Part shown: positions 8,892 to 17,194 of the stretch, in pieces
Numbering within the stretch: position 1 is the stretch's first letter
How the letters are laid out: every line of letters starts with the position of its first letter
Source of the DNA: an uncultured Candidatus Saccharibacteria bacterium
GTDB taxonomy: Bacteria; Patescibacteriota; Minisyncoccia; HO2-45-28
Length of the DNA: 54,057 nucleotides
Reading direction: 5' to 3'
NCBI GenBank assembly: GCA_964574495.1
Contig: CAZNNT010000002.1
Location: 1-54,057, forward strand
The notes under the pieces: model-generated
What the model was told of the DNA's origin: nothing
What the model saw: the letters and a program-made list of their open reading frames with translations, nothing else
Database searches by the model: none
Made by a program: the position numbers and the translations under genes

Positions 8892-8914
8892 TGTCAAACA
8901 TCGGGTGTTTGACA
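8892..8914. repeat. REP-like palindrome copy 4 (TGTCAAACA-TCGGG-TGTTTGACA)
   Basis: Read directly, immediately after the RAYT stop codon. Confidence 0.85.
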
Positions 8915-8958
8915 GATGTTTTTGGCAAAAAGCGGCAAAAAGTGTCAGGCGCTTGAGC

Positions 8959-10536
8959 TTAATTCAATAATTTTGGGAGAAGCGACACGCCTGTCATCTC
9001 CGGGGGCGCTTTTAAATTCAAAAGTTCCAAAATAGTCGGCGCGATATCGGTTAAAGTTCCGCGGATTTCGCTGTAATTTTTTAAAATATTTTCATCTTCG
9101 CGCTCGCGCTCCCGCTTAAATTTTTGAGAAACGATATAAAACGGCACGGGATTGGTGGTATGTTTGGTTCTTTTTTCGCCGCTTAGGCGGTAGTGTTTTT
9201 CTTCGGCATTGCCGTGGTCGCCGGTAAGAACTAAAACGCCCCCGGCCTCCAAAATAGCCGGCATTATTTTGCCGACAGCGTCGTCCAGCGCCTCCAGCGC
9301 CTTTACGGTTGATTCAAAACTGCCGCTATGCCCGACCATGTCGGCATTAGCGAAATTAGCCAAAATGAAATCGTATTTATTGACCGAAGAAATGATTTGG
9401 TCGCTAATCAGTGCGGCCGACATTTCCGGATGTTCGTCAAAATGGGGCGTTTGCAACGAGGGCGCCAGAATTCTTTCCTCATTTTTAAACGGCCGTTCTT
9501 GGCCGCCGTTAAAAAAATAAGTGACATGGGCGTATTTTTCGGTCTCGGCAATATGGAGTTGTTTTAGTCCGGCGTCGGATATTATTTTAGCCAGCGGATT
9601 TTCTATATTCAGGGGCTTAAAAGCGACTTCGGCCGCAAACCCACGGTCATATTCGGTCATGGTCGTAAAAAGGAGGTCGGTTATTTTTTGTCTCGGGAAT
9701 TTATCAAAACTTTCGTTCACAAAAGCGCCGGTTAATTCTCTTACGCTATCCTCGCGGTAATTAAAAAATATGGCCGAATCCCCGTTTTGTATCCGGCCGA
9801 CGGCCTTGCCGTTTTCGGTTAAAAATCCCGCCTCAACAAATTCGTCGGTCAGATTTTTTTTGTAATTTTTTTCAATATGGAGAGAAGCGCTTTCATACGG
9901 GTCTCCCTTAGCCAAGACCAGAAGATTATAGGCCCTTTCAATCAAATCCCAATGATTATCGCGGTCCATGACGAAATGGCGGCCGACGACCGACGCGATT
10001 TTAAAAGTTGGATAATCCTGCGCGAGGCGCGCTTCTAAAGAGGCGAAAAATTTAGCGGCTTCCCGCGCCGGCGCGTCGCGGCCGTCGGTAAAAAGGTGCA
10101 GGAATACTTCCGTGATTTCGTTTTTACGCGCGAGTTCCAGTAAAGCGTAGATGTGGTCGGCATAAGCGTGGACCGAACCGGAAGAAAAAAGGCCCAAAAG
10201 ATGCAGGCGCGAATTATTTTTTTTAACGTGACTTACGGCTTTTTGGAACGCCTGATTTTGAAAAAAACTTCCGTCGCGTATGGCCATAATTATTCGCGGA
10301 AGGTGGGTGTAAAGCACGCGGCCCGCGCCCATAGTCAAATGCCCCACTTCGGAATTGCCTTCTTCGCCCCAGGGCAGACCGACCGCGGCGCCAGAGGCCT
10401 GAAGCGTCGTGAAAGGATAAAATTTTTCTATGAATTGAAAATTCGGGCGCGCGGCTTGCCGCCAAGTCGATTCCGTCGCTTTGGGGTTTACGCCGTAGCC
10501 GTCAAGCACGGCCAATATCACGGGTTTGGACGCCAT
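8959..10536 (-). CDS. gpmI: 2,3-bisphosphoglycerate-independent phosphoglycerate mutase
   Basis: ILAVLDGYG N-terminus, NSEVGHLTMGAGR, ANADMVGHSG and TGDHGNAE metal-site motifs. 525 aa. Confidence 0.9.
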   Translation of the reverse strand: MASKPVILAVLDGYGVNPKATESTWRQAARPNFQFIEKFYPFTTLQASGAAVGLPWGEEGNSEVGHLTMGAGRVLYTHLPRIIMAIRDGSFFQNQAFQKAVSHVKKNNSRLHLLGLFSSGSVHAYADHIYALLELARKNEITEVFLHLFTDGRDAPAREAAKFFASLEARLAQDYPTFKIASVVGRHFVMDRDNHWDLIERAYNLLVLAKGDPYESASLHIEKNYKKNLTDEFVEAGFLTENGKAVGRIQNGDSAIFFNYREDSVRELTGAFVNESFDKFPRQKITDLLFTTMTEYDRGFAAEVAFKPLNIENPLAKIISDAGLKQLHIAETEKYAHVTYFFNGGQERPFKNEERILAPSLQTPHFDEHPEMSAALISDQIISSVNKYDFILANFANADMVGHSGSFESTVKALEALDDAVGKIMPAILEAGGVLVLTGDHGNAEEKHYRLSGEKRTKHTTNPVPFYIVSQKFKREREREDENILKNYSEIRGTLTDIAPTILELLNLKAPPEMTGVSLLPKLLN

Positions 10537-10633
10537 TATTATATTTTAGAGAAGTACTTTACAAATCTCCAGTATTTTGATATACTACGATTATTATTAT
10601 TTATAATGTTGAAAACGAAAAATAGTTATTTTT

Positions 10634-12163
10634 ATGACATTATCTTCACCAACGCTCATCGCGCTGGCCTTGGCTTTATTTGGCGTGGTAGTGGGTTATA
10701 TTCTGCGTCAGATAATCGCTCAACAGAAAAGAAATTCGGTAGAACTGAAGATCAAACAACTGCTTTTTGACGCTAAGACCGAAGCGCAGCATACGCTTGA
10801 CGAAGCGAAACACAAAGCCGAGTCCGCCTTTGAATCAATAAAACACGAAGAAAAAGAAAGAGAGACGGCTCTGCGCCGCCTGGAAGAGAGAATTGGGCAG
10901 AAAGAGGAATCGGTGGAAAGGCGCCGTCTTGAATTGGATCGCGAAACGAAAGACATCGTCAAACAAAAAGAAGACCTCAAGCGCCGCCATGAGTCGCTTG
11001 AATCAGTTGAAACGGAAAGGCGAAAAGAACTGGAAAAATTATCCGGACTTTCCGAGGAAGAGGCCAAGAAGGATTTGCTGGCCAGCGTTGAAAAAAAATA
11101 CGAAACGGACCTTATGTCGCGCATGCAGAAATTGGAGGTCTTCGGCAAAGAACAATTGGAACAGCGCGCGCGGGAAACCCTGGTTTCGGTCATACAGCGG
11201 CTGGCTTCTTCAACCGCGTCGGAAATTACCACCACTTCCGTAACCATACCTTCCGACGACATCAAAGGAAAAATTATCGGTAAAGAAGGCCGCAATATCC
11301 GGGCTCTGGAACGCGCGGCCGGAGTTGAAATTATAGTTGATGACACTCCTGGCGCGATTATCATTTCAAGTTTTGATCCGGTCCGGCGCCACGTGGCTAA
11401 GATCGCTCTTGAAAATCTGATTCTTGACGGCAGAATTCAGCCGGCCAGGATTGAAGAAACCGTGGAAAAAGCGCGGGCGGAAGTTGAAAAAATTATGAAA
11501 GAAGCGGGAGAAGCGGCCATTTACGAAGTCGGCGTTTTTGATGTTGACCCGCGGCTCGTGAATATTTTGGGACGTTTGCGTTTTCGCACGAGTTTCGGCC
11601 AAAATGTTCTTCAGCATTCAATTGAAATGACTCATTTGTCCGGGATGCTAGCGGCCGAGTTGGGAGCGGACGTTCAAGTGGCCAAGAAGGGCGCTTTGTT
11701 TCACGATCTCGGCAAAGCCATGGACCATGAGATTCAGGGGACGCATGTGGAGATAGGGCGGCGCATACTCCAAAAATTCAATGTTGACGAGAAAGTGATA
11801 AAGGCCATGCAGTCGCATCACGATGAATATCCCCATGAAACGCTGGAATCGGTAATCGTGCAGGTGGCCGACCAGATTTCCGGGGCTCGCCCGGGCGCGC
11901 GTAGAGACACGGTTGAAAATTATTTGAAACGCCTGGAAGATCTTGAAAGAATTGCCAACTCTTTTTCCGGCGTTGAAAAAACCTACGCCATTCAAGCGGG
12001 CAGAGAAATAAGAATTTTCGTCTCGCCCGAAAAAATTTCCGACCTGGAAATGAAGAAACTCGCCCGCGACATAGCCGATAAAGTGGAACAAGACCTTAAA
12101 TATCCTGGAGAGATAAAAGTGCATGTGATTCGCGAAAATAGGGTTGTGGAGTACGCCAGGTAG
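10634..12163 (+). CDS. rny: ribonuclease Y
   Basis: N-terminal TM, long coiled coil, KH domain (GKIIGKEGRNIRALE), HD domain (LFHDLGK ... HHDE). 509 aa. Confidence 0.92.
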   Translation: MTLSSPTLIALALALFGVVVGYILRQIIAQQKRNSVELKIKQLLFDAKTEAQHTLDEAKHKAESAFESIKHEEKERETALRRLEERIGQKEESVERRRLELDRETKDIVKQKEDLKRRHESLESVETERRKELEKLSGLSEEEAKKDLLASVEKKYETDLMSRMQKLEVFGKEQLEQRARETLVSVIQRLASSTASEITTTSVTIPSDDIKGKIIGKEGRNIRALERAAGVEIIVDDTPGAIIISSFDPVRRHVAKIALENLILDGRIQPARIEETVEKARAEVEKIMKEAGEAAIYEVGVFDVDPRLVNILGRLRFRTSFGQNVLQHSIEMTHLSGMLAAELGADVQVAKKGALFHDLGKAMDHEIQGTHVEIGRRILQKFNVDEKVIKAMQSHHDEYPHETLESVIVQVADQISGARPGARRDTVENYLKRLEDLERIANSFSGVEKTYAIQAGREIRIFVSPEKISDLEMKKLARDIADKVEQDLKYPGEIKVHVIRENRVVEYAR

Positions 12164-12171
12164 ATTGGGTG

Positions 12172-12180
12172 TGCTATAAT
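12172..12180 (+). promoter_or_regulatory. extended -10 promoter element (TGcTATAAT) upstream of hup
   Basis: TG at 12172-12173 and TATAAT at 12175-12180, 55 nt before the ATG. Confidence 0.5.
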
Positions 12181-12234
12181 TTCAAAAAGGTCAGTTTATA
12201 AATTAGCGGATTATATGATTTTGAAAATAATTTT

Positions 12235-12507
12235 ATGAATAAAATGGGTTTAACTGACGCCGTCTACGAAAAAATGGGCGGAACCAAAAAATCAGCCGAA
12301 GAATTGGTTGATTTCATTTTTGACACGATTGCAGGCGAGTTAAAAAACGGCGGAGAAGTAACCATTGCCGGCTTCGGGTCCTTTGGGGTTAAAGAGCGTA
12401 AGGCGCGCGAAGCCAGAAATCCGAGGACGGGGGAAACCGTTCACGTTCCGGCAACCAAAGCTCCGAAATTTAGGTCCGGCAAGGCGCTGAAAGAAGCCGT
12501 AAAATAA
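12235..12507 (+). CDS. hup: HU family DNA-binding protein
   Basis: 90 aa with the typical HU beta-arm: GFGSFGVKERKAREARNPRTGETV. Confidence 0.92.
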   Translation: MNKMGLTDAVYEKMGGTKKSAEELVDFIFDTIAGELKNGGEVTIAGFGSFGVKERKAREARNPRTGETVHVPATKAPKFRSGKALKEAVK

Positions 12508-12524
12508 CAAACGCGCGTGAAAAA

Positions 12525-12559
12525 CCCGCCCCGATATCCGTCGGGGCGGGTTTGTATTT
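12525..12559 (+). terminator. rho-independent terminator after hup (probably bidirectional)
   Basis: 10-bp stem CCCGCCCCGA / TCGGGGCGGG, then TTTGTATTT. An A-run upstream could also serve the convergent gene. Confidence 0.8.
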
Positions 12560-12573
12560 GAGATTTTAGAACT

Positions 12574-13323
12574 CTAATCATAAGTTATCAGTTTCGTCCA
12601 GTCCAAAGGACTGCCGTTTCCGCCAAAAACCTCGTCGGCAAAACCCCACTCCACGGCCTCCTGCGCCGTAAGGAACACTTCTTGTTTTTTATCCATATAA
12701 TCCTGCAGCATTTTCTGGATGCGTTGTAACGACCAAGTGTGAAATTTGCCTTTGCGTTTAAGCGCTTGCGAGTAAATATCTATCATTGAGGACGAAGTTT
12801 TTCTCATCCATTCCGCGTAAGTAAGAAAACCCTTGTAAGTATCCTCTGCTCCCACCGTGCCTTCGTGAAACATAAAGTAACTATGCGGCATTAAGACCCG
12901 CTTGTCCGCTGCTTGGAGTATAAGAGATGACATTGATCTGGCGTGGGTGTAACTTAAAATTGTGATTGGATTTGGACAAGATATGATAGCGTCGTAAATC
13001 GCCATTCCCTCTTCCCCGTTGCCTCCGCATGTTTTCATCGCGATTAAAATAGGTCTTTCCGGGTTTCTCCCGGAGAGAATATCCAGATTTTTTATGAAAC
13101 GAGATGTCATTATATATTCTACTCCCGGCTCTGTGTAATCATCCTCTTCGCCGTGGTATACTTTTTCTTCACCGACAAGATAAATACGAAAATTCACGAC
13201 ATCTATATTGTAGCCATGCATTTCTTCTATTGCCGATGTTTGTCTTTGCGTTGGCCAGGGATAAATAATCTTTCTGCGGCTTCTCGGTCTGACGATCTTG
13301 GCATGGGCGATCCTTTTAGCCAT
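12574..13323 (-). CDS. divergent ClpP/S14-family serine protease-like protein with an N-terminal extension
   Basis: ClpP-like core (GGNGEEGMAIYDAI, ARSMSSLIL with candidate Ser, MFHEG with candidate His, EAVEWGFADEV). Strong RBS AAGGAGGGAG. No clpX or clpA nearby. Confidence 0.7.
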   Translation of the reverse strand: MAKRIAHAKIVRPRSRRKIIYPWPTQRQTSAIEEMHGYNIDVVNFRIYLVGEEKVYHGEEDDYTEPGVEYIMTSRFIKNLDILSGRNPERPILIAMKTCGGNGEEGMAIYDAIISCPNPITILSYTHARSMSSLILQAADKRVLMPHSYFMFHEGTVGAEDTYKGFLTYAEWMRKTSSSMIDIYSQALKRKGKFHTWSLQRIQKMLQDYMDKKQEVFLTAQEAVEWGFADEVFGGNGSPLDWTKLITYD

Positions 13324-13398
13324 CTCCCCACTCCCTCCTTACAACGAACACTCCAAAATAAATAATAGCACCCAATAATATATTTATACAAAACAAAT

Positions 13399-13716
13399 TC
13401 AGTTCAATTTTCTGACATTCAACATGGCGGCCAGAATTTGCCATTTTTCAGCGGCTTTTTCTTTTTCCTTGCAAGCAAGGTCGTAGGCCTTATTTAATTC
13501 TTTTCTTTTCAAAACTTCAATAAATTCCCAATCAAAGAAGAGCTTATTTTCTCCTTTATCCCAGGCGCCGAAGCGCGAACACCATTTTTCCAAAGCCCGT
13601 TTGATATTTTCATCGGTCCAATTACGCGGAATTTCAAATATTGCTTTTTTGTCGGTTCCCCTGGAACTTTTTATCCAGAATAAAACATATCGGGCGTTTT
13701 TTCTCTTTTCGGCCAT
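13399..13716 (-). CDS. hypothetical protein
   Basis: 105 aa, strong RBS GGAGGAG 8 nt upstream of the ATG, no recognisable family. Confidence 0.6.
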   Translation of the reverse strand: MAEKRKNARYVLFWIKSSRGTDKKAIFEIPRNWTDENIKRALEKWCSRFGAWDKGENKLFFDWEFIEVLKRKELNKAYDLACKEKEKAAEKWQILAAMLNVRKLN

Positions 13717-13785
13717 TTCGTGCTCGCTCCTCCTTTTTGGGTCTGATTATAGAGTAGCATATTTTGTATTTGCACCATGCCAAAA

Positions 13786-13824
13786 CACAGCAAAAACCCC
13801 GCGTGAAGCGGGGTTTTTGCTGTG
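13786..13824 (-). terminator. rho-independent terminator after the sigma/anti-sigma pair
   Basis: 17-bp perfect stem CACAGCAAAAACCCCGC / GCGGGGTTTTTGCTGTG with loop GTGAA, and T-runs on both sides. Confidence 0.8.
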
Positions 13825-13854
13825 TTTTATAAAGACCGACCTTTTGCTCTCATA

Positions 13855-14238
13855 TTAATAGAACACTCCGCGCTTTAGGTTGGTTTCTTCTTTAAAAACG
13901 TTAAGCTGTATGAACGCGTATAAAACATTCCTGAAGGCCAGAAGCATGGCGGCAAGCGCCCCCAAAAGCGATACCTGCACAACCAGCTTAGTATTTAACG
14001 CCGCGCCAAGCATGTAGGGCAACAGCGAATTCGGACTAAACAACATTTTTTGTATTGAATTATCCACAATTACGCGCACAAAAGCGTGCTCGCCGACGAA
14101 GTAGAGAAAAACGCCAAATATTAAAATCTCCAGGGCGACATAAGGCAGAATCCGCCTAAAAAACCAGATAAAATAAACCCTTTTCATTACTCTATTTTGT
14201 ATTTTTGTGCCCATTTTGTTTTTATTGATATAAGTCAT
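13855..14238 (-). CDS. multi-TM membrane protein, putative anti-sigma factor
   Basis: 127 aa, three hydrophobic segments. Overlaps the stop of the upstream ECF sigma gene by 17 nt (translational coupling). Confidence 0.5.
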   Translation of the reverse strand: MTYINKNKMGTKIQNRVMKRVYFIWFFRRILPYVALEILIFGVFLYFVGEHAFVRVIVDNSIQKMLFSPNSLLPYMLGAALNTKLVVQVSLLGALAAMLLAFRNVLYAFIQLNVFKEETNLKRGVFY

Positions 14239-14794
14239 TGTTTGTGGCCTTTTTAAAAAGTTTTTTCGCCCTGAAAAGTTTCATTTTCAGCGCCGGAACG
14301 GTTATGTTCTCTTCCCCCGCTATGTCTTTGTATGATTTATCCTTTAAATAATACGAAGTCAGGAGTTTCTGCGACTGTTGCGGGAGGCGCGAAATGGCGT
14401 TTTCCACGATAATTTTCGCTTCGGTCGCGAGAGCGAGATTTTCATTGCTTGCGAGGGTCTCGCCGTACGCTATCTCGTCTGAAAATTCGCTCGCCCAACG
14501 CTTTTTCAAATAGTGGTATTTATTGATGGCGGCGTTAACCAGAATTTTATAAGCCCAGCTTTTGAATTCTATTCCCGGCCTCTTTTTAAATTTAGCGGCA
14601 TGAAAATAGATTTTTGTAAAAGCGTCCTGCACGACATCTTCGGCGTCCTCTTTCTGTCTGACCACGCCCATTGCTTTACGCAGAAACGGCTTTTCGTAGC
14701 GGGACATTATAATTCTAAAAAGCGCCGGCTTTTCAATGGAAGCGAAAAGAATTTCCTCGTCTTTTAGGCCGTCAAACTCTTCTTCTAAGCCCAT
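14222..14794 (-). CDS. RNA polymerase sigma-70 factor, ECF subfamily
   Basis: Region 2 (DAEDVVQDAFTKIY, SWAYKILVNAAINKY) and region 4 HTH (SYKDIAGEENITVPALKMKLFRAKK). Confidence 0.85.
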   Translation of the reverse strand: MGLEEEFDGLKDEEILFASIEKPALFRIIMSRYEKPFLRKAMGVVRQKEDAEDVVQDAFTKIYFHAAKFKKRPGIEFKSWAYKILVNAAINKYHYLKKRWASEFSDEIAYGETLASNENLALATEAKIIVENAISRLPQQSQKLLTSYYLKDKSYKDIAGEENITVPALKMKLFRAKKLFKKATNNDLYQ

Positions 14795-15002
14795 CTATGA
14801 ATTATAGGTTTTTTAATGCCTATTATCGACCCATATTATATAACAGCGTAATGGTCGCCTTTGTTTCCTTTCATCATAACAATTGGATGTTAGTGTATAT
14901 AAAAATTAATAATTCGTCAATTTCGACGGTTTTGCAGAATGTTTAAGAATTTAGGTTAAAAGAAAAGACGCTGGTATAAAAAACCGCGTCTTTGTTAACT
15001 TT

Positions 15003-15302
15003 TTATGAGAACTTTCTTTCTACTTCCAAAACAAGGTTGGCTATATCTTGTTTGATAATATTTTCATCTCCACATGCGATAAAATATTTGAATTCTGGTG
15101 TTAAGCCCTGTGTTGGAATCCTAAAATGTATGTACAACAAATCTTGATCATGTGAATGGCACAGCCGGAAATCGTTATCAGCGTACTTTTTTGAGTAAAG
15201 AACCTCATATCCTCGACTTTCCATGTATACCGAATCACAGATAGCTTTTGCAAGCATTTCACTGTCAACAGATATTTTTAAGGTCACCCTGATTAGATTC
15301 AT
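15003..15302 (-). CDS. hypothetical protein (low-GC orphan)
   Basis: ORF 15003..15344. I favour the start at 15302 (MNLIRV) because of AGGAGG 6 nt upstream. No family recognised. Confidence 0.45.
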   Translation of the reverse strand: MNLIRVTLKISVDSEMLAKAICDSVYMESRGYEVLYSKKYADNDFRLCHSHDQDLLYIHFRIPTQGLTPEFKYFIACGDENIIKQDIANLVLEVERKFS

Positions 15303-15464
15303 CTTTTGCCTCCTGACTTTGATTGCAAGATAATCTAAATTCACTATATTATCGACAAGAACTCAAGGCAAATAATATGGCGCAAAGATAGGAGTAGTTT
15401 GTTTGTGAAGATTTTATTATTCATCAACAAAAAATTCCATTTCCCTATGCGGGCAACTAGACGA

Positions 15465-15531
15465 CCCGCCTTCGCCAAGGCTACGGCGGGCAAGTGTTAC
15501 TGCGTCCTCCGTAGCTTTAGCGAAGAAGGAG
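15465..15531. repeat. GC-rich hairpin element of the GTAGCTTTAGCGAAG family
   Basis: Two hairpins (CCCGCC..GGCGGG and CTCC..GGAG). The GCTTTAGCGAAG core recurs at 18721-18735, with AGCGAAG-type relatives next to tRNAs at 16590-16624, 19510-19545 and 28342-28352. Confidence 0.6.
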
Positions 15532-15625
15532 AACTTGTCTCAGTGCCGCAATGACAACATCCTTATAATATTTTTATGCGCCTGAAATGATACTAAGGCG
15601 CTGTAAAAGGGCGGGTTTTTTTATC

Positions 15626-15654
15626 TTGACTATAACACCCAATGCGATTAGTAT
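15626..15654 (+). promoter_or_regulatory. sigma70-type promoter (TTGACT-17 nt-TAGTAT) for the zinc-ribbon gene
   Basis: -35 at 15626-15631, -10 at 15649-15654. Confidence 0.55.
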
Positions 15655-15698
15655 TGACAACGGAGCCTTAAAAAATTAACTGGCGAGGAGGAAATGAT

Positions 15699-16067
15699 AT
15701 GAAAAAGATTGTGAAGAAAACAATTCTTTGGCGATGTTCGGTATGTGGCGCTGACTACAAAAATAAATCCGATGCTGAAAAATGTGAGAGTAGGCCGATT
15801 GAACAGAAGAAGTTTAGAATAGGTGACCAAGTCACTAACTCCATGGAGCCGCGGATATGTTCGTCGGCGGGTGGAGAATACAGATTCGAAGGGGAAATCA
15901 GTGAAATTATTGGACCGCAACCACCGGACGAAGAATACTGGATCAAATGGTTGGGTGGATTGCCCAAAACGCATGTTTTTTTGTATGAAGTTACATACAA
16001 ATGCCCTAAATGCGGAAGAAAAGAAGATGCTGCATATTTTGCGCCAGAATTAGAAAAAGTTAAATAA
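15699..16067 (+). CDS. small zinc-ribbon protein (two CxxC pairs)
   Basis: 122 aa with CSVCGADY ... CPKCGRKE. RBS GGAGGA upstream, promoter and terminator present. Confidence 0.6.
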   Translation: MKKIVKKTILWRCSVCGADYKNKSDAEKCESRPIEQKKFRIGDQVTNSMEPRICSSAGGEYRFEGEISEIIGPQPPDEEYWIKWLGGLPKTHVFLYEVTYKCPKCGRKEDAAYFAPELEKVK

Positions 16068-16075
16068 GAACTATT

Positions 16076-16098
16076 GCCCACGCTTGTGGGCTTTTTTG
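16076..16098 (+). terminator. rho-independent terminator
   Basis: GCCCAC-GCTT-GTGGGC followed by TTTTTT. Confidence 0.8.
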
Positions 16099-16260
16099 TT
16101 AGAACCTCTGTAAAATTATGTAAAAACCGTTTAGTTTTCAGTCCTCGATAAACTCAGACTAAAGAAGATTTTAGTTTTAAGCAATAAAAGTTTCTCTTTC
16201 TCTGTATGGGGAATAGAACGATGTTAGAACCCGTAAGATTTCTGAAATAGAAACGGCTAT

Positions 16261-16500
16261 TTAAATTAATCTTTTGTTTCTGAACGCGAATCCTGAACTT
16301 GATTTCAAATACTTCTCAAATTTTTGAGCCTTGGATTTGTTTTCAAATGCACCATACCAAATTATTTTAAACGGGGTTTTGCTTGAAGAATATTTAGCCT
16401 CTTTATTATTATGTTGCCCGAATCTTTCTTTAAGATCAGAGGTTGATCCGACGTAGAAACTTTTATCTTTAAGACTTTGTAAGATATAACAGTAATACAT
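16261..16500 (-). CDS. GIY-YIG (URI) domain nuclease family protein
   Basis: MYYCYILQSLKDKSFYVGSTSDLKERFGQHN matches the small stand-alone GIY-YIG pattern. ATG at 16500 preferred over GTG at 16515. About 125 nt downstream of tRNA-Gly on the same strand. Confidence 0.8.
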   Translation of the reverse strand: MYYCYILQSLKDKSFYVGSTSDLKERFGQHNNKEAKYSSSKTPFKIIWYGAFENKSKAQKFEKYLKSSSGFAFRNKRLI

Positions 16501-16624
16501 ATTGTTTTGCCCCACTTCACTGCGTTTCGCGGGGCCACTTCGCTTTTTATTCTAAAATGTTGCAAGCCGTATATTTTTTGTGCCTGCACCGCGAAGCCCG
16601 CGTAGCGAAGCGGAGTGGGCGAAG

Positions 16625-16698
16625 TGGTGCGGGCAGGGAGAATCGAACTCCCATCTACTGCTTGGAAGGCAGTCATTCTGCCACTAAACTATGCCCGC
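16625..16698 (-). tRNA. tRNA-Gly (anticodon UCC), CCA encoded
   Basis: Hand-folded: acceptor GCGGGCA/TGCCCGC, anticodon arm ACTGC-CTTCCAA-GCAGT, T arm GGGAG-TTCGATT-CTCCC, 74 nt. Confidence 0.9.
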
Positions 16699-16829
16699 TG
16701 AAATAGTCGCTAATATTTAAATTTTACAAAAAACGGCCGAAATTACAAGGTTTTTAGGCGCCCTTTGGCTCTAAACAAACAACCCCCGACATATAATCGG
16801 GGGTCGTTTGTTATAAATCAAACTGAAAT

Positions 16830-16949
16830 CTATTGATTTTCTCCACCTTCGTTGGCGTCACCTGTTGGCTGTTCGCCACCTTCAGGGTGGGCTTCAGCAT
16901 TATGCTCTTCCTGATTTTCGACTTCAGCGTTGCATTTTGGACAATTCAT
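16830..16949 (-). CDS. possible 39-aa acidic mini-protein with a single CPKC motif
   Basis: ATG..TAG ORF below the track cutoff (MNCPKCNAEVENQEEHN...). Followed by a strong hairpin at 16774-16812. No convincing RBS. Confidence 0.3.
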   Translation of the reverse strand: MNCPKCNAEVENQEEHNAEAHPEGGEQPTGDANEGGENQ

Positions 16950-17134
16950 AGCTTTTTTAGTTATCAATGTCTTACAAAAACCGACCTTTCAGGTATAGGG
17001 ACAGTATACTCTTTTGAAATAAAAAGTCAACCCCCACGCGGGCATACACGCGAAAAACCCCATATTTTGTGGATATTTTCGGACTAACTTGTGTAAAAAG
17101 TGTTAATTTAGAGAAAATTCCCGTTGTTCTTCGC

Positions 17135-17165
17135 AAAAAAGAAGGCCCCACGTTGCCGTGAGGCC
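17135..17165 (-). terminator. rho-independent terminator after 17195..17740
   Basis: Minus strand: GGCCTCACG-GCAA-CGTGGGGCC followed by TTCTTTTTT. Confidence 0.8.
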
Positions 17166-17194
17166 CGCCAGCAGATGATGCTGGACTTGGTTGG

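Larger units (their letters stand above)
8167..8914 (+). mobile_element. RAYT locus: REP-associated tyrosine transposase gene bracketed by REP-like palindromes
   Basis: 23-nt palindromes at 8167-8189 (32 nt before the start) and 8892-8914 (1 nt after the stop), plus an internal copy at 8389-8411. Confidence 0.8.

Noticed and set aside
10537-10633. Divergent promoter calls in the AT-rich gpmI/rny intergenic region (for example TTGATA-19-TATAAT)
   Set aside because: The spacer length is non-canonical, and many equally good hexamers exist in this AT-rich stretch, so a specific site cannot be supported.
10153-11364. Long alternative ORFs (10153..10770 +, 10720..11364 -, 10893..11243 +) across gpmI/rny
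   Set aside because: These are shadow frames of the strongly supported gpmI and rny genes. Their repetitive Ser/Arg composition mirrors the coiled-coil Glu/Lys codons of rny.
16362-16676. 104-aa ORF running through tRNA-Gly and the GIY-YIG gene region
   Set aside because: It reads through a tRNA gene and GC-rich hairpin repeats, and is out of frame with the recognisable GIY-YIG motif.
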